DNA from: Syntrophaceae bacterium UBA1411
GTDB lineage: Bacteria; Desulfobacterota; Syntrophia; Syntrophales; Smithellaceae
Reading direction: 5' to 3'
NCBI GenBank assembly: GCA_002304995.1
Contig: DBPV01000044.1
Span: 10,072 to 74,071, forward strand
DNA length: 64,000 nt
The stretch's first letter is position 1, and every line of letters begins with the position of its first letter. Positions 26,975 to 35,410 of the stretch are shown one piece after another. Below the pieces are notes generated by a model that saw only the letters and a list, made by a program, of their open reading frames with translations, did no database searches and was not told the origin of the DNA. Position numbers and translations under genes: made by a program.

Positions 26975-28120
26975 CTACCGCGTGCGCACCTGCAGGGCAG
27001 AAAAGAAATTGAGGACGGCGATCCCCGCACCCAGCAGAAAAACGTACTGGTAGCCCAGCGTCACCCAGATGACTCCGCCGGACAGGGCCACCGCGATGGA
27101 AAAAATGTGGTCGATGGTCACGCCCATGGTCAGGGTCTGCGTGACGTCTTCGGGCCGGACGGCGATTTTCTGAAGGTAGGTCGCCCGGGCCATTCCCGCC
27201 GAGAGCAGCAACTGATCCGCGATAAAGCAGGCCGACGCGACCACCAGCGCCGCCGTCTCCGAAAACCATTCCCGGGAGTATCCGTAGCCCATACAGACGA
27301 CCACGAGCAGCGCCGCTTCCGCCGTAAGGACGAACCGCTCCCCCAGACGGTCGATGGCCCGGCCCACCAGAGGTTTGAAAAAAATGCCGATCACGCCGCC
27401 CACGGTCAGGAGCGTCGCCAGCATCTGCGTTTTCTGGGAGAAAACGGTCACCAGCACCCAGGGCGCAAAGGTGAGAAAGATCTGCTTGCGCGTGCCGTAC
27501 AAAATGTTGAGCCAGTAAAAGAGGCGGTATTCCCTGCGCAGCTGAAACCGGGCGCGGGCCGTCATGGGCTGATCCTTCTGCATGCCGAACAAAAGGGCGG
27601 CCACCGCCAGAAATCCGCAAAAAGCGATTCCGTAAGAGAACTGAAAAGTGAAGGAAAAAAATTTGAATCCCAGGAAAATGACAAAGCTGCCCAGGATCAT
27701 CGCCACATTGGCCGCGGCGGCAAACTGTCCCAGCCGCCGTCCTTCCTGCCCCTTGACGGCCAGCTCCATGCCGATACTCGAATTAAGCGGAATGAACAGA
27801 TGCTGACCGACGCTGAACATGAACAGCCAGACGAGCATCACCGAAAATCCGGGCGACGCGAAGCCGATGAGCACGATGCCGAATGCGCACAGCAGATTCG
27901 CCAGAACCGCCAGGCGGCGCGAACACAGAAAAAAGAAGAGCGCCGAGAAAAACACGACCAGGAAGCCCGGCAGCTCCCGGGGCAGCTCCAGAAAGCCGCG
28001 CTGCCAGTCGCTGATCCGAAACGTTTCATTGAGAAAGTTGTTGAAGGTGGAATCGACGATGCTCTGCGAAAAACCGAATACGAACGTGGCCGCCAGAAAC
28101 AGGCGGAAGTCGCGCGGCAA
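26975..28120 (-). CDS. MFS-type transporter
   Basis: About 12 predicted hydrophobic helices. Starts MPRDFRLFLAATFVFGFSQS. Has an MFS-like loop GRAIDRLGERF. Confidence 0.8.
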   Translation of the reverse strand: MPRDFRLFLAATFVFGFSQSIVDSTFNNFLNETFRISDWQRGFLELPRELPGFLVVFFSALFFFLCSRRLAVLANLLCAFGIVLIGFASPGFSVMLVWLFMFSVGQHLFIPLNSSIGMELAVKGQEGRRLGQFAAAANVAMILGSFVIFLGFKFFSFTFQFSYGIAFCGFLAVAALLFGMQKDQPMTARARFQLRREYRLFYWLNILYGTRKQIFLTFAPWVLVTVFSQKTQMLATLLTVGGVIGIFFKPLVGRAIDRLGERFVLTAEAALLVVVCMGYGYSREWFSETAALVVASACFIADQLLLSAGMARATYLQKIAVRPEDVTQTLTMGVTIDHIFSIAVALSGGVIWVTLGYQYVFLLGAGIAVLNFFSALQVRTR

Positions 28121-28200
28121 AAGCGAAAATTTATGGCGAATGCGTTCTAAAATAATGGAGATCCTGCAGATGGGTCACACAGGCGGGCCGCCCCGGACAA

Positions 28201-28238
28201 GACAAAACGGCAGCGGGTATCCCGTCTGCCGTTTTGTC
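28201..28238 (-). terminator. long stem-loop after the paralog pair
   Basis: Perfect 13-bp arms GACAAAACGGCAG / CTGCCGTTTTGTC, extended by an inner CGGG/CCCG, 20 nt downstream of the stop at 28258. The trailing T-run is weak (TTGTCC). Confidence 0.55.
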
Positions 28239-28257
28239 AACCGATCCGGTCATTCCG

Positions 28258-28716
28258 CTAGACGGCCTGGCAGTTTTCCAGACGAATGCGGTCCTGGTAA
28301 TACTGCGTGATTTCATAGACGGCGTAGTCGATCAGGAGCATGATCCTCATGACGGAGTCGATCGCCTGATGGTGTTCGATGGCGTTGATGAATATCGCCT
28401 GGAATTCGGCGTACAGCCACATGTGACGGCGCATCATGTTGAGCGCATAGATGGATTCATGCAGCGGTATGCCGCTTTCAAAACAGGTCCGCGCGTAGTG
28501 CATGAAAAATTCCTGCGCCTTTTCGTAGCGGTTGGGCGCGATCAGCATGTTGCGAAGCTGGCTGTAAAATTTCACCGCCTGAACGACCAGCCGCTCGTCA
28601 GGAATATCCCGGTAATGCGCGGTTCTCTTGTTTTTCTTGACGTCCGCCGCCCATGTCGCGGCAATTTCATCTATATTGGCTTCCAGCACATCCAGCAGCT
28701 TAATGGATTCGACCAT
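28258..28716 (-). CDS. hypothetical 152-aa protein, paralog B (possible RsbR-N / sensor-globin-like fold)
   Basis: Shares blocks with the upstream gene: W..DV..N.RT..Y, KFY, GIP..E..YAL, RRH.WLYAEFQ.IF, LL.DYA.YE.T..YQD. SD GGAGAAAGGAGAG precedes the ATG. Confidence 0.7.
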   Translation of the reverse strand: MVESIKLLDVLEANIDEIAATWAADVKKNKRTAHYRDIPDERLVVQAVKFYSQLRNMLIAPNRYEKAQEFFMHYARTCFESGIPLHESIYALNMMRRHMWLYAEFQAIFINAIEHHQAIDSVMRIMLLIDYAVYEITQYYQDRIRLENCQAV

Positions 28717-28769
28717 GGCATTTCTCTCCTTTCTCCAAAGCTAAACGAACAGGGAAACGGGCTGTGTCG

Positions 28770-29222
28770 TTACTTAGCTTTATTCTTCATCAGGTCCTGA
28801 TATTCTTTGGTAACCTCGTACGCGGCGTAATCGAACAGAAGGATCGTCCGGCTCAATGTGTCCAGCGCCTGACGCTGGTCGATGCCGGAGCTGAAAATGG
28901 TCTGAAATTCGGCATACAGCCAGATGTGCCTGCGAAGCAGAATCAGCGCGTAAACGGCTTCGTCCATGGGAATTCCCATCGCAAAGCTTTCCTGGGCATA
29001 AGTGCGAAAGTATTTCAATGTGTTTTCGCTGATCTTGTCTTCAGCGAACATTTTACTGAAGTTCTGATAAAATTTCACACCCTGGTTGATGATCCGTTCC
29101 TCATCCAGTTCCTTGTACTTCTTTGTCCTGGCATTGTTCTGGACATCCATGGCCCAGCGCCTGGCCATTTTCTCTGCGTGCTGCTCTGCCAGCTCCACAT
29201 ATTTAATGGCGTAAGTTTTCAT
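28770..29222 (-). CDS. hypothetical 150-aa protein, paralog A
   Basis: See paralog B. SD GGAAAGGAG precedes the ATG. Markedly lower G+C than its surroundings. Confidence 0.7.
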   Translation of the reverse strand: MKTYAIKYVELAEQHAEKMARRWAMDVQNNARTKKYKELDEERIINQGVKFYQNFSKMFAEDKISENTLKYFRTYAQESFAMGIPMDEAVYALILLRRHIWLYAEFQTIFSSGIDQRQALDTLSRTILLFDYAAYEVTKEYQDLMKNKAK

Positions 29223-29302
29223 GCGTCATCTCCTTTCCGTTTGCAAACGATTGATTCTGCATCCCACGTTCACGTTGTGCGCAGCTCTTGCGAAGTTGAA
29301 AT

Positions 29303-29331
29303 TAATATAAAGCAGGACATCCGAAATGACA
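29303..29331 (-). promoter_or_regulatory. sigma70-type promoter candidate for the paralog pair
   Basis: Minus strand reads TTGTCA (29331-29326), a 17-nt spacer, then TATATT (29308-29303). Confidence 0.45.
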
Positions 29332-29369
29332 ATAAAAATTATCGGGAAAACCATTGGTCAGACTAATTC

Positions 29370-29399
29370 TTGACACCCCCGGACGAATTCCATATAGAT
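29370..29399 (+). promoter_or_regulatory. sigma70-type promoter candidate for fmt-rsmB
   Basis: TTGACA (29370-29375), a 17-nt spacer, then TATAGAT (29393-29399), about 27 nt before the fmt ATG. Confidence 0.5.
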
Positions 29400-29425
29400 G
29401 TTTCCAAAAACCGAGGATGAATCCG

Positions 29426-30364
29426 ATGAAGACGCCCCGCATCCTGTTTATGGGTACCCCCGAATTTTCCCTGCCGGCGCTCGATGCGCTCTCCCGGAGC
29501 GCTTATCCCGTTTGCGCCGTCGTCACGCAGCCGGATCGCCCCGCGGGACGGGGTCAAAAGGAAGTCGCGCCGCCGGTCAAAACGCTGGCGCTTTCCCTCG
29601 GCCTGCCGGTTTTGCAGCCGGCCCGGGTCAGAGATGCCGCTTTTCTGGCAACGCTCGGCGAAATCGCACCCGACATGATCGTCGTCGCGGCGTTCGGCCA
29701 GATTCTGCCCAAAGCGCTTCTCGATTTGCCGCCATACGGCTGCCTCAATATTCACCCGTCGCTGCTGCCCAGGTACCGCGGCGCCGCGCCGCTTCACTGG
29801 AGCATCATCCGCGGAGAAACGACAACCGGCGTCACCATCATGCTGATGGATGAAGGCATGGATTCCGGCGACATTCTCCTGCAGGAAAAAACGCCGCTCG
29901 GCCCCGCCGAAACGTTCGGAGAACTGCACGACCGTCTGGCGCAGATGGGCGCAGGGCTTCTGCTGACGGCGATCGAAGAGGTGATTGCCGGCGCGGCCCG
30001 CCGGCAAAAACAGGACGCCTCCCTCGTCACCTTCGCTCCCCGCCTGACCCGGGAAACGGGAAAGATTGCCTGGAACGATCGGGTGGCCGACATTGTCAAT
30101 CTCATCCGCGGGCTGAGCCCCGCCCCTGCGGCTTACACCGCCCTGGACGGTCAGACGCTGAAAATATTTGCGGCACAAGCCCGGCCGGGGGCGGTATGCG
30201 GGCCGCCGGGATCTGTCGGCGCGCCGGCGGCCGAAGGACTGCCGGTCGCAGCGGCGGACGGCCATGTCCTTTTAAAAGACGTCCAGCTCGCGGGAAAGAA
30301 AAGAATGCCGATCGGCGATTTTTTGAGGGGCTACCGTCTGAAAGAAAAGAGCGTGCTGGGCTGA
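29426..30364 (+). CDS. fmt: methionyl-tRNA formyltransferase
   Basis: ILFMGTPEFS, VVTQPDRPAGRG, NIHPSLLPRYRGAAP. ATG at 29426 follows GAGGA. Confidence 0.9.
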   Translation: MKTPRILFMGTPEFSLPALDALSRSAYPVCAVVTQPDRPAGRGQKEVAPPVKTLALSLGLPVLQPARVRDAAFLATLGEIAPDMIVVAAFGQILPKALLDLPPYGCLNIHPSLLPRYRGAAPLHWSIIRGETTTGVTIMLMDEGMDSGDILLQEKTPLGPAETFGELHDRLAQMGAGLLLTAIEEVIAGAARRQKQDASLVTFAPRLTRETGKIAWNDRVADIVNLIRGLSPAPAAYTALDGQTLKIFAAQARPGAVCGPPGSVGAPAAEGLPVAAADGHVLLKDVQLAGKKRMPIGDFLRGYRLKEKSVLG

Positions 30365-30416
30365 AACCGCAGGCGCGAAGCCGCGGACTGTTGCAGCGGG
30401 AGGCTCCGGGATCAAC

Positions 30417-31763
30417 GTGAAAAAATCAATTCGCCACCGGGCAGTGGACATTTTAAGCGAGGTCGGGAAAAGCCGGGCGTTTGCCGGAGATCTGCTCGAC
30501 GCGGCGCTTGAAGAACGGCATCTTTCGGGAACGGCGGACGGACGGCTGCTCACGCATCTGGTGTACGGCGTCCTGCGCATGCGGGGGCGGCTGGACTGGA
30601 TTCTCGCGGCGTTTTACCGCGGCGACTACGAGAAGACGGACGAGGACGTCCGAAACATCCTGCGCGTGGGCCTCTATCAGCTTCTCTTCAGCGACCGGCT
30701 GCCCGCCTTTGCGGTCGTGGACGAGGCGGTCAAAACCGCCAAGCGAAAAAATCCGGCGGCCGGCGGACTTGTGAACGCCGTTTTAAGAAGCTATCTGCGC
30801 GATCCCGGCCGCGTATCCTATCCCTGCCGCGAAACCGATCCCCAGGAGTATCTGGCAGCCTTTCATTCCCACCCCCTGTGGCTGGTGAAGCTGTGGCGCG
30901 ACGCTTTCGGCATGGAAGAAACCGAGGCCCTCTGCCGGGCCGACAATGAAGTGCCTTCTGTGACGCTGCGCGCCAACACGCTCAGGATTTCCCGCAATGA
31001 TCTGGCGCAAAAACTCGCCCGGTCGGATTTTCCGGGCGAGCCCGGCCGCTTTTCCCCCGACGCCATCATCCTCTCCGATCCGCCCCGGCCCGTTCAGAAA
31101 ACGGATTTTTTTGCCGAGGGGCTCTTTCGGCTCCAGGACGAGGCGGCGCAGCTTGCAGCCTATCTGGTCGGACCGCAGCCGGGAGAAACGGTGCTCGACG
31201 CCTGCGCGGGCAGCGGCGGCAAAACCACGCACCTGGCGGCGCTGATGGAAAACCGCGGACGGATCGTGGCGATGGACCGCGACGCAAACAAAATTGACCG
31301 GTTGAGAAAAGACGCGCGCCGGTTGGGCGTTTCCATCGCCGAAACGGTTGCAGCCGACCTGGCAAAGCCGCTTTCCTCCGAGTGGCGGGAAAAATTCGAC
31401 CGCATTCTGGTGGACGCTCCCTGCTCCGGCACCGGCACGCTCAGACGCAATCCCGACATCAAGTGGCGGCTTGCCGGAACCGATCCCGATCTGCTTGCCG
31501 AAATCCAGCTGGCGATTCTGCACAACGCCCAGGCGGCCGTCCGCCGGGGGGGATGCCTCGTGTATTGCACCTGTTCGCTTCTGGCCTGCGAAAACGACGG
31601 CGTCATCCGCCGATTTCTGAAAGATCACCCGCAGTTTTCCGTCAAGCCCCCTTCTGCGTCCATCCCGCAGGTGCTTCAGGACAGCCGCGGATTTTTCCGA
31701 ACCTACCCCCATCGGCATGCGCAAGACGGCTTTTTCGGCGTGGCTTTACTGCGCCGGATTTGA
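30417..31763 (+). CDS. rsmB: 16S rRNA (cytosine967-C5)-methyltransferase RsmB
   Basis: N-terminal NusB-like region. LDACAGSGGKTTH, ILVDAPCSGTGTLRRNPD, YCTCS. GTG start. Confidence 0.9.
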   Translation: MKKSIRHRAVDILSEVGKSRAFAGDLLDAALEERHLSGTADGRLLTHLVYGVLRMRGRLDWILAAFYRGDYEKTDEDVRNILRVGLYQLLFSDRLPAFAVVDEAVKTAKRKNPAAGGLVNAVLRSYLRDPGRVSYPCRETDPQEYLAAFHSHPLWLVKLWRDAFGMEETEALCRADNEVPSVTLRANTLRISRNDLAQKLARSDFPGEPGRFSPDAIILSDPPRPVQKTDFFAEGLFRLQDEAAQLAAYLVGPQPGETVLDACAGSGGKTTHLAALMENRGRIVAMDRDANKIDRLRKDARRLGVSIAETVAADLAKPLSSEWREKFDRILVDAPCSGTGTLRRNPDIKWRLAGTDPDLLAEIQLAILHNAQAAVRRGGCLVYCTCSLLACENDGVIRRFLKDHPQFSVKPPSASIPQVLQDSRGFFRTYPHRHAQDGFFGVALLRRI

Positions 31764-31825
31764 TTTGACGGATTCGGCCCAATCATGCTAGCGTACGCAC
31801 CCATCATTCTTTTTGAGGAGCGGTT

Positions 31826-32455
31826 ATGTTCATACAACAGATGCAGGTCGGCCACATGGCGGTATTCGCCTATCTGGTGGGAGATCCCGTCACCGGCGAC
31901 GCTTTGGTAATCGATCCGGCCGACAATGTTCACGAAATTCTCGCGACGGCTGCCAAAAACAACCTGCGCATCAATTATATCGTCAACACCCACGGCCACG
32001 TAGACCACATCGGCGGCAACGCCCAGATGAAAAAGCTCACCGACGCCAAAATTATCATCCACGAGGACGACGCTTTCATGCTGACCTCGACGCCGGCCGC
32101 CATGCTGCGGATGTTCGGCGCGACACAGTCGCCGCCGGCCGATATCCTGGTTTCCGACGGCCAGATCATTTCCGCAGGCAACGTCGAACTGAAGGTGATT
32201 TCCACCCCCGGACATTCGCCCGGCGGAATCTGCCTGTACACGCCCGGCTACGTTTTCACCGGCGATACGCTCTTTGTGGAAGCGGTGGGCCGCACCGATT
32301 TGCCCGGCGGTTCGTGGCAGACGATGTATGACGCCATTAAAACCCGGCTTTTCACCCTTCCGGATGAAACCAAGGTGTTGCCCGGCCATCACTACGGCCG
32401 GACGCCGACGTCCACCATCGGACACGAAAAAAAATACAATCCCTCGGTTCGCTAA
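31826..32455 (+). CDS. MBL-fold metallo-hydrolase (glyoxalase II-like)
   Basis: NTHGHVDHIGG, TPGHSPGG, GDTLF, LPGHHYG. SD GAGGAG. Confidence 0.85.
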   Translation: MFIQQMQVGHMAVFAYLVGDPVTGDALVIDPADNVHEILATAAKNNLRINYIVNTHGHVDHIGGNAQMKKLTDAKIIIHEDDAFMLTSTPAAMLRMFGATQSPPADILVSDGQIISAGNVELKVISTPGHSPGGICLYTPGYVFTGDTLFVEAVGRTDLPGGSWQTMYDAIKTRLFTLPDETKVLPGHHYGRTPTSTIGHEKKYNPSVR

Positions 32456-32470
32456 AGGAGCAGACAATTC

Positions 32471-33352
32471 ATGACGCAGAGCATTGCCCAGACGAATTTT
32501 CCGAAGCTGAAATTTTTAAGCCGCGGCAAGGTCCGCGATCTTTACGCGGTCAGAGACGCCCTGCTTCTGGTCGCCACCGACCGGATTTCGGCCTTCGACG
32601 TGATTATGCCCAATCCGATACCGGGCAAAGGCAGAATCCTCAACACAATGTCCGCCTTCTGGTTCGGTCAGATGGACGACATCATCGCCAATCACATCAT
32701 TTCCACGGACGCCGCCGACTTTCCCTCCGAATGCGCGCCCTACGCCGAGGCTCTCCAGGGCCGCAGCATGCTGGTTAAAAAGGCGCGGCCGCTGCCGGTG
32801 GAATGCATCGTGCGGGGATACCTGTCCGGCTCCGGCTGGAACGACTACCGCCACAACGAAACCGTTTCCGGCATCAAACTGCCCGAGGGACTCCGGGAAT
32901 CCGCCCGCCTGCCGCAGCCGATCTTCACCCCGACCACAAAAGCGCCGGAAGGAAAACACGATGCGCCGATCAGCCGGGCCGAAATGGAAGACCTGATCGG
33001 CGGCGACCTGACCGAGAGGATCATCCGGACGTCGCTTGCCGTTTACGAACGGGCCGCGTCCATCGCGCTTCAGGCCGGCATCATCATCGCCGACACGAAA
33101 ATGGAATTCGGTCTGCTCGGCAAAGACCTCATTCTGATCGACGAACTGCTGACGCCCGACTCGTCGCGCTTCTGGCCGGCCGACGACTACGAGGAAGGCC
33201 GGGCGCAAAAAAGCTTCGACAAGCAGTTTTTGCGCGACTATCTTTTGTCCATCCACTGGAATCAGAAGCCGCCCGCGCCGGAGTTGCCGCCGGACATCAT
33301 TGAAAAAACCCGGGCCAGATACGAGGAAGCGTTCCGCCGCCTCGTAAAATAA
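32471..33352 (+). CDS. purC: phosphoribosylaminoimidazole-succinocarboxamide synthase
   Basis: GKVRDLY, LLVATDRISAFD, IIADTKMEFG, LIDELLTPDSSRFW. Confidence 0.95.
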   Translation: MTQSIAQTNFPKLKFLSRGKVRDLYAVRDALLLVATDRISAFDVIMPNPIPGKGRILNTMSAFWFGQMDDIIANHIISTDAADFPSECAPYAEALQGRSMLVKKARPLPVECIVRGYLSGSGWNDYRHNETVSGIKLPEGLRESARLPQPIFTPTTKAPEGKHDAPISRAEMEDLIGGDLTERIIRTSLAVYERAASIALQAGIIIADTKMEFGLLGKDLILIDELLTPDSSRFWPADDYEEGRAQKSFDKQFLRDYLLSIHWNQKPPAPELPPDIIEKTRARYEEAFRRLVK

Positions 33353-33394
33353 TTTTATTCCGGCCATTGACAGAATAAAAACCGTCATTATCTT

Positions 33395-33427
33395 ACGCCG
33401 TGTTTATCCGCACGGCGTCATTTTTTT
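33395..33427 (+). terminator. intrinsic terminator after purC
   Basis: ACGCCGTG, an 8-nt loop, CACGGCGT, then CA plus T7. Confidence 0.8.
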
Positions 33428-33440
33428 GAGGAGGCATTCC

Positions 33441-33839
33441 TTGAGCATTACCAAACTGCCGGATTACCGATTAAAACAAAAAATATTATACATCGATAAA
33501 ACATCTTCCGCGTCCCTGATCAGTTACGGGGATATGTACCTGGAGGCGGACGCGCTTTCCGACGCCCTGGATTTTTACGCCCGGGCCGCGCACCGGACCG
33601 GCGTTGAAAAGATCAAGGCGCTGGCGATCGAAAGAGGCGACGCGTTTCTTTTCCAGGGCGCGGCCAAAGCGCTGGGAGGCGAACCTGCGGCGGAGGAATG
33701 GGAAGCCGTCGGCCGCCGGGCCGCCGAGCTCGGAAAAAATCTCTTCGCCCGAAGCGCGCTTGCCAAAGCAAACAACCCGCAACTTCTGGAGGCGCTGGCA
33801 GCTAAAATGAAAGCGGAGGAAGAAAAACAAGGCGCATGA
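33441..33839 (+). CDS. hypothetical 132-aa helical protein, translationally coupled to dnaJ
   Basis: TTG at 33441 lies 6 nt after GAGGAGG. The stop TGA overlaps the dnaJ ATG (ATGA). No motif recognised. Confidence 0.55.
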   Translation: MSITKLPDYRLKQKILYIDKTSSASLISYGDMYLEADALSDALDFYARAAHRTGVEKIKALAIERGDAFLFQGAAKALGGEPAAEEWEAVGRRAAELGKNLFARSALAKANNPQLLEALAAKMKAEEEKQGA

Positions 33840-34897
33840 CCAAGAGGGACTACTACGACGTCCTGGGCGTCGGCAGAAACGCCACGGACGAGGAACTGAA
33901 AAAATGCTACCGGAAAATCGCCATGCAATGCCATCCCGACCGGAACCCGGGAGACAAAGAGGCGGAAGAGCGGTTCAAGGAAGCAGCCGAAGCCTACGAA
34001 GTATTAAGCGACAGGCAAAAGCGGGAAATCTACGATCAGTACGGCCATGCAGGCCTGAGCAACACCGGATTTCAGGGATTCAGCGGCTTTGACGACGTGT
34101 TTTCCAGCTTCGGCGACATCTTCGAGGATGTCTTCGGATTCGGACGGTCGCGGGGCCGCGGACGATCGCGGCAGGCGGCCCGGGCCGGCGCCGACCTGCG
34201 CTACGATCTGAAAATTTCTTTTCTCGACGCCGCGTTCGGCGTCACCACCACGATCGAGCTCGAAAAGCTTCACACCTGCCGGGAATGCCAGGGAACGGGC
34301 GCGGCGGCGGGCACGGCGCCGTCCACCTGCCCCACCTGCCACGGCAGAGGCCAGGTGGTTCAATCGAGCGGCTTTTTCACCATCAGTTCCACCTGCCCCC
34401 ACTGCCACGGTCAGGGCAAGTTCATCGCCAAACCCTGTTCTGCCTGCCGCGGCACGGGCAAGGAAAGACAGCACAAAACCGTCGAGCTGAAAATTCCCGC
34501 GGGTGTGGAAACCGGCTCCCGGCTGCGTCTGCGCGGCGAAGGCGAAGCGGGCGAACTGGGCGGTCCTCCCGGCGATCTGTATGTTTTCCTGGAAGTGGAG
34601 GAGCATGACTTTTTCGTCCGCTCCGACGACGATATTCTCTGCCGCGTCCCCATCAGTTTCGTCCAGGCGGCGCTGGGCAGCACCATCGTCGTGCCGACGC
34701 TGGACGACACCGAAAAAATCAAGATCCCCCGGGGAACGCCAAGCGGGCGGACCTTTCGCCTGAAAGGCAAAGGCATTCCCCATCTGCAGGGCTACGGCCG
34801 CGGAGACCAGATCATCGAGGTTTTCGTCCAGGTTCCCACGGAGCTTACCCGCAAGCAGGAAGACCTGCTCCGGGAATTTGAAAAGAGCGGCAAATAA
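33836..34897 (+). CDS. dnaJ: class I J-domain chaperone DnaJ
   Basis: [14 protein letters not shown], a G/F region, and four CxxCxGxG zinc motifs ([32 protein letters not shown]). Confidence 0.9.
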   Translation: MTKRDYYDVLGVGRNATDEELKKCYRKIAMQCHPDRNPGDKEAEERFKEAAEAYEVLSDRQKREIYDQYGHAGLSNTGFQGFSGFDDVFSSFGDIFEDVFGFGRSRGRGRSRQAARAGADLRYDLKISFLDAAFGVTTTIELEKLHTCRECQGTGAAAGTAPSTCPTCHGRGQVVQSSGFFTISSTCPHCHGQGKFIAKPCSACRGTGKERQHKTVELKIPAGVETGSRLRLRGEGEAGELGGPPGDLYVFLEVEEHDFFVRSDDDILCRVPISFVQAALGSTIVVPTLDDTEKIKIPRGTPSGRTFRLKGKGIPHLQGYGRGDQIIEVFVQVPTELTRKQEDLLREFEKSGK

Positions 34898-34975
34898 CCT
34901 CCGCATTATCCGGTTGCAATAGCCGGAGCAATATGATTTAAACGGACATAATTCATATTTAGGGAGGACTTCAGG

Positions 34976-35377
34976 ATGCACAGCCATTCCTACCGTCTGA
35001 TCATTGTCCTGTTTGCGTTTTTTCTTTTATCCGGATGCGCGGCCCTGGTGGTGGGCGGCGCGGCGGTCGGCGCCGGAACGGGCACCTACCTGTATATCAA
35101 CGGCGAGTTGAAAACGGATTACTTCGCGCCTTTCGACAAAGTCTGGAACGCGTGCGAGAAAACCGTCGCGGATCTGCGCGGCACGCAGGTGCAGCCTGCG
35201 AAAGAAATCGCCCAGGGCAAGATCACCGCGCTCATCAACGACGACAAGGTGCACATCGAGGTCACCTACCGGGGCAAGAATTCGACCTCCGTCGCCATTC
35301 GCGTGGGGCTGATCGGCGACAAGCAGGCCTCCCAGTTTCTCCACGACAAGATCGCCGAGAACCTGGCTAAATCATAA
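34976..35377 (+). CDS. small lipoprotein (DUF3568-like)
   Basis: Lipobox FLLSGC. A Gly/Ala-rich linker, then an alpha/beta body. SD GGGAGGA. Confidence 0.7.
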   Translation: MHSHSYRLIIVLFAFFLLSGCAALVVGGAAVGAGTGTYLYINGELKTDYFAPFDKVWNACEKTVADLRGTQVQPAKEIAQGKITALINDDKVHIEVTYRGKNSTSVAIRVGLIGDKQASQFLHDKIAENLAKS

Positions 35378-35410
35378 AGCCGCCCGCCGTTTGGATGCCG
35401 TGGCGCCTCC

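Noticed and set aside
24064-27030. Long minus-strand ORFs (24064..25167 and 25378..27030) opposite priA and dksA.
   Set aside because: They are shadow ORFs. The plus strand encodes complete PriA with Walker A, DEEHD and Zn-finger motifs.
33395-33440. The hairpin, U7 run and GAGGAGG upstream of the dnaJ unit read as a fourU-type RNA thermometer.
   Set aside because: The U-run is directly adjacent to the SD, so the two cannot fold back on each other. The hairpin is better explained as the purC terminator.
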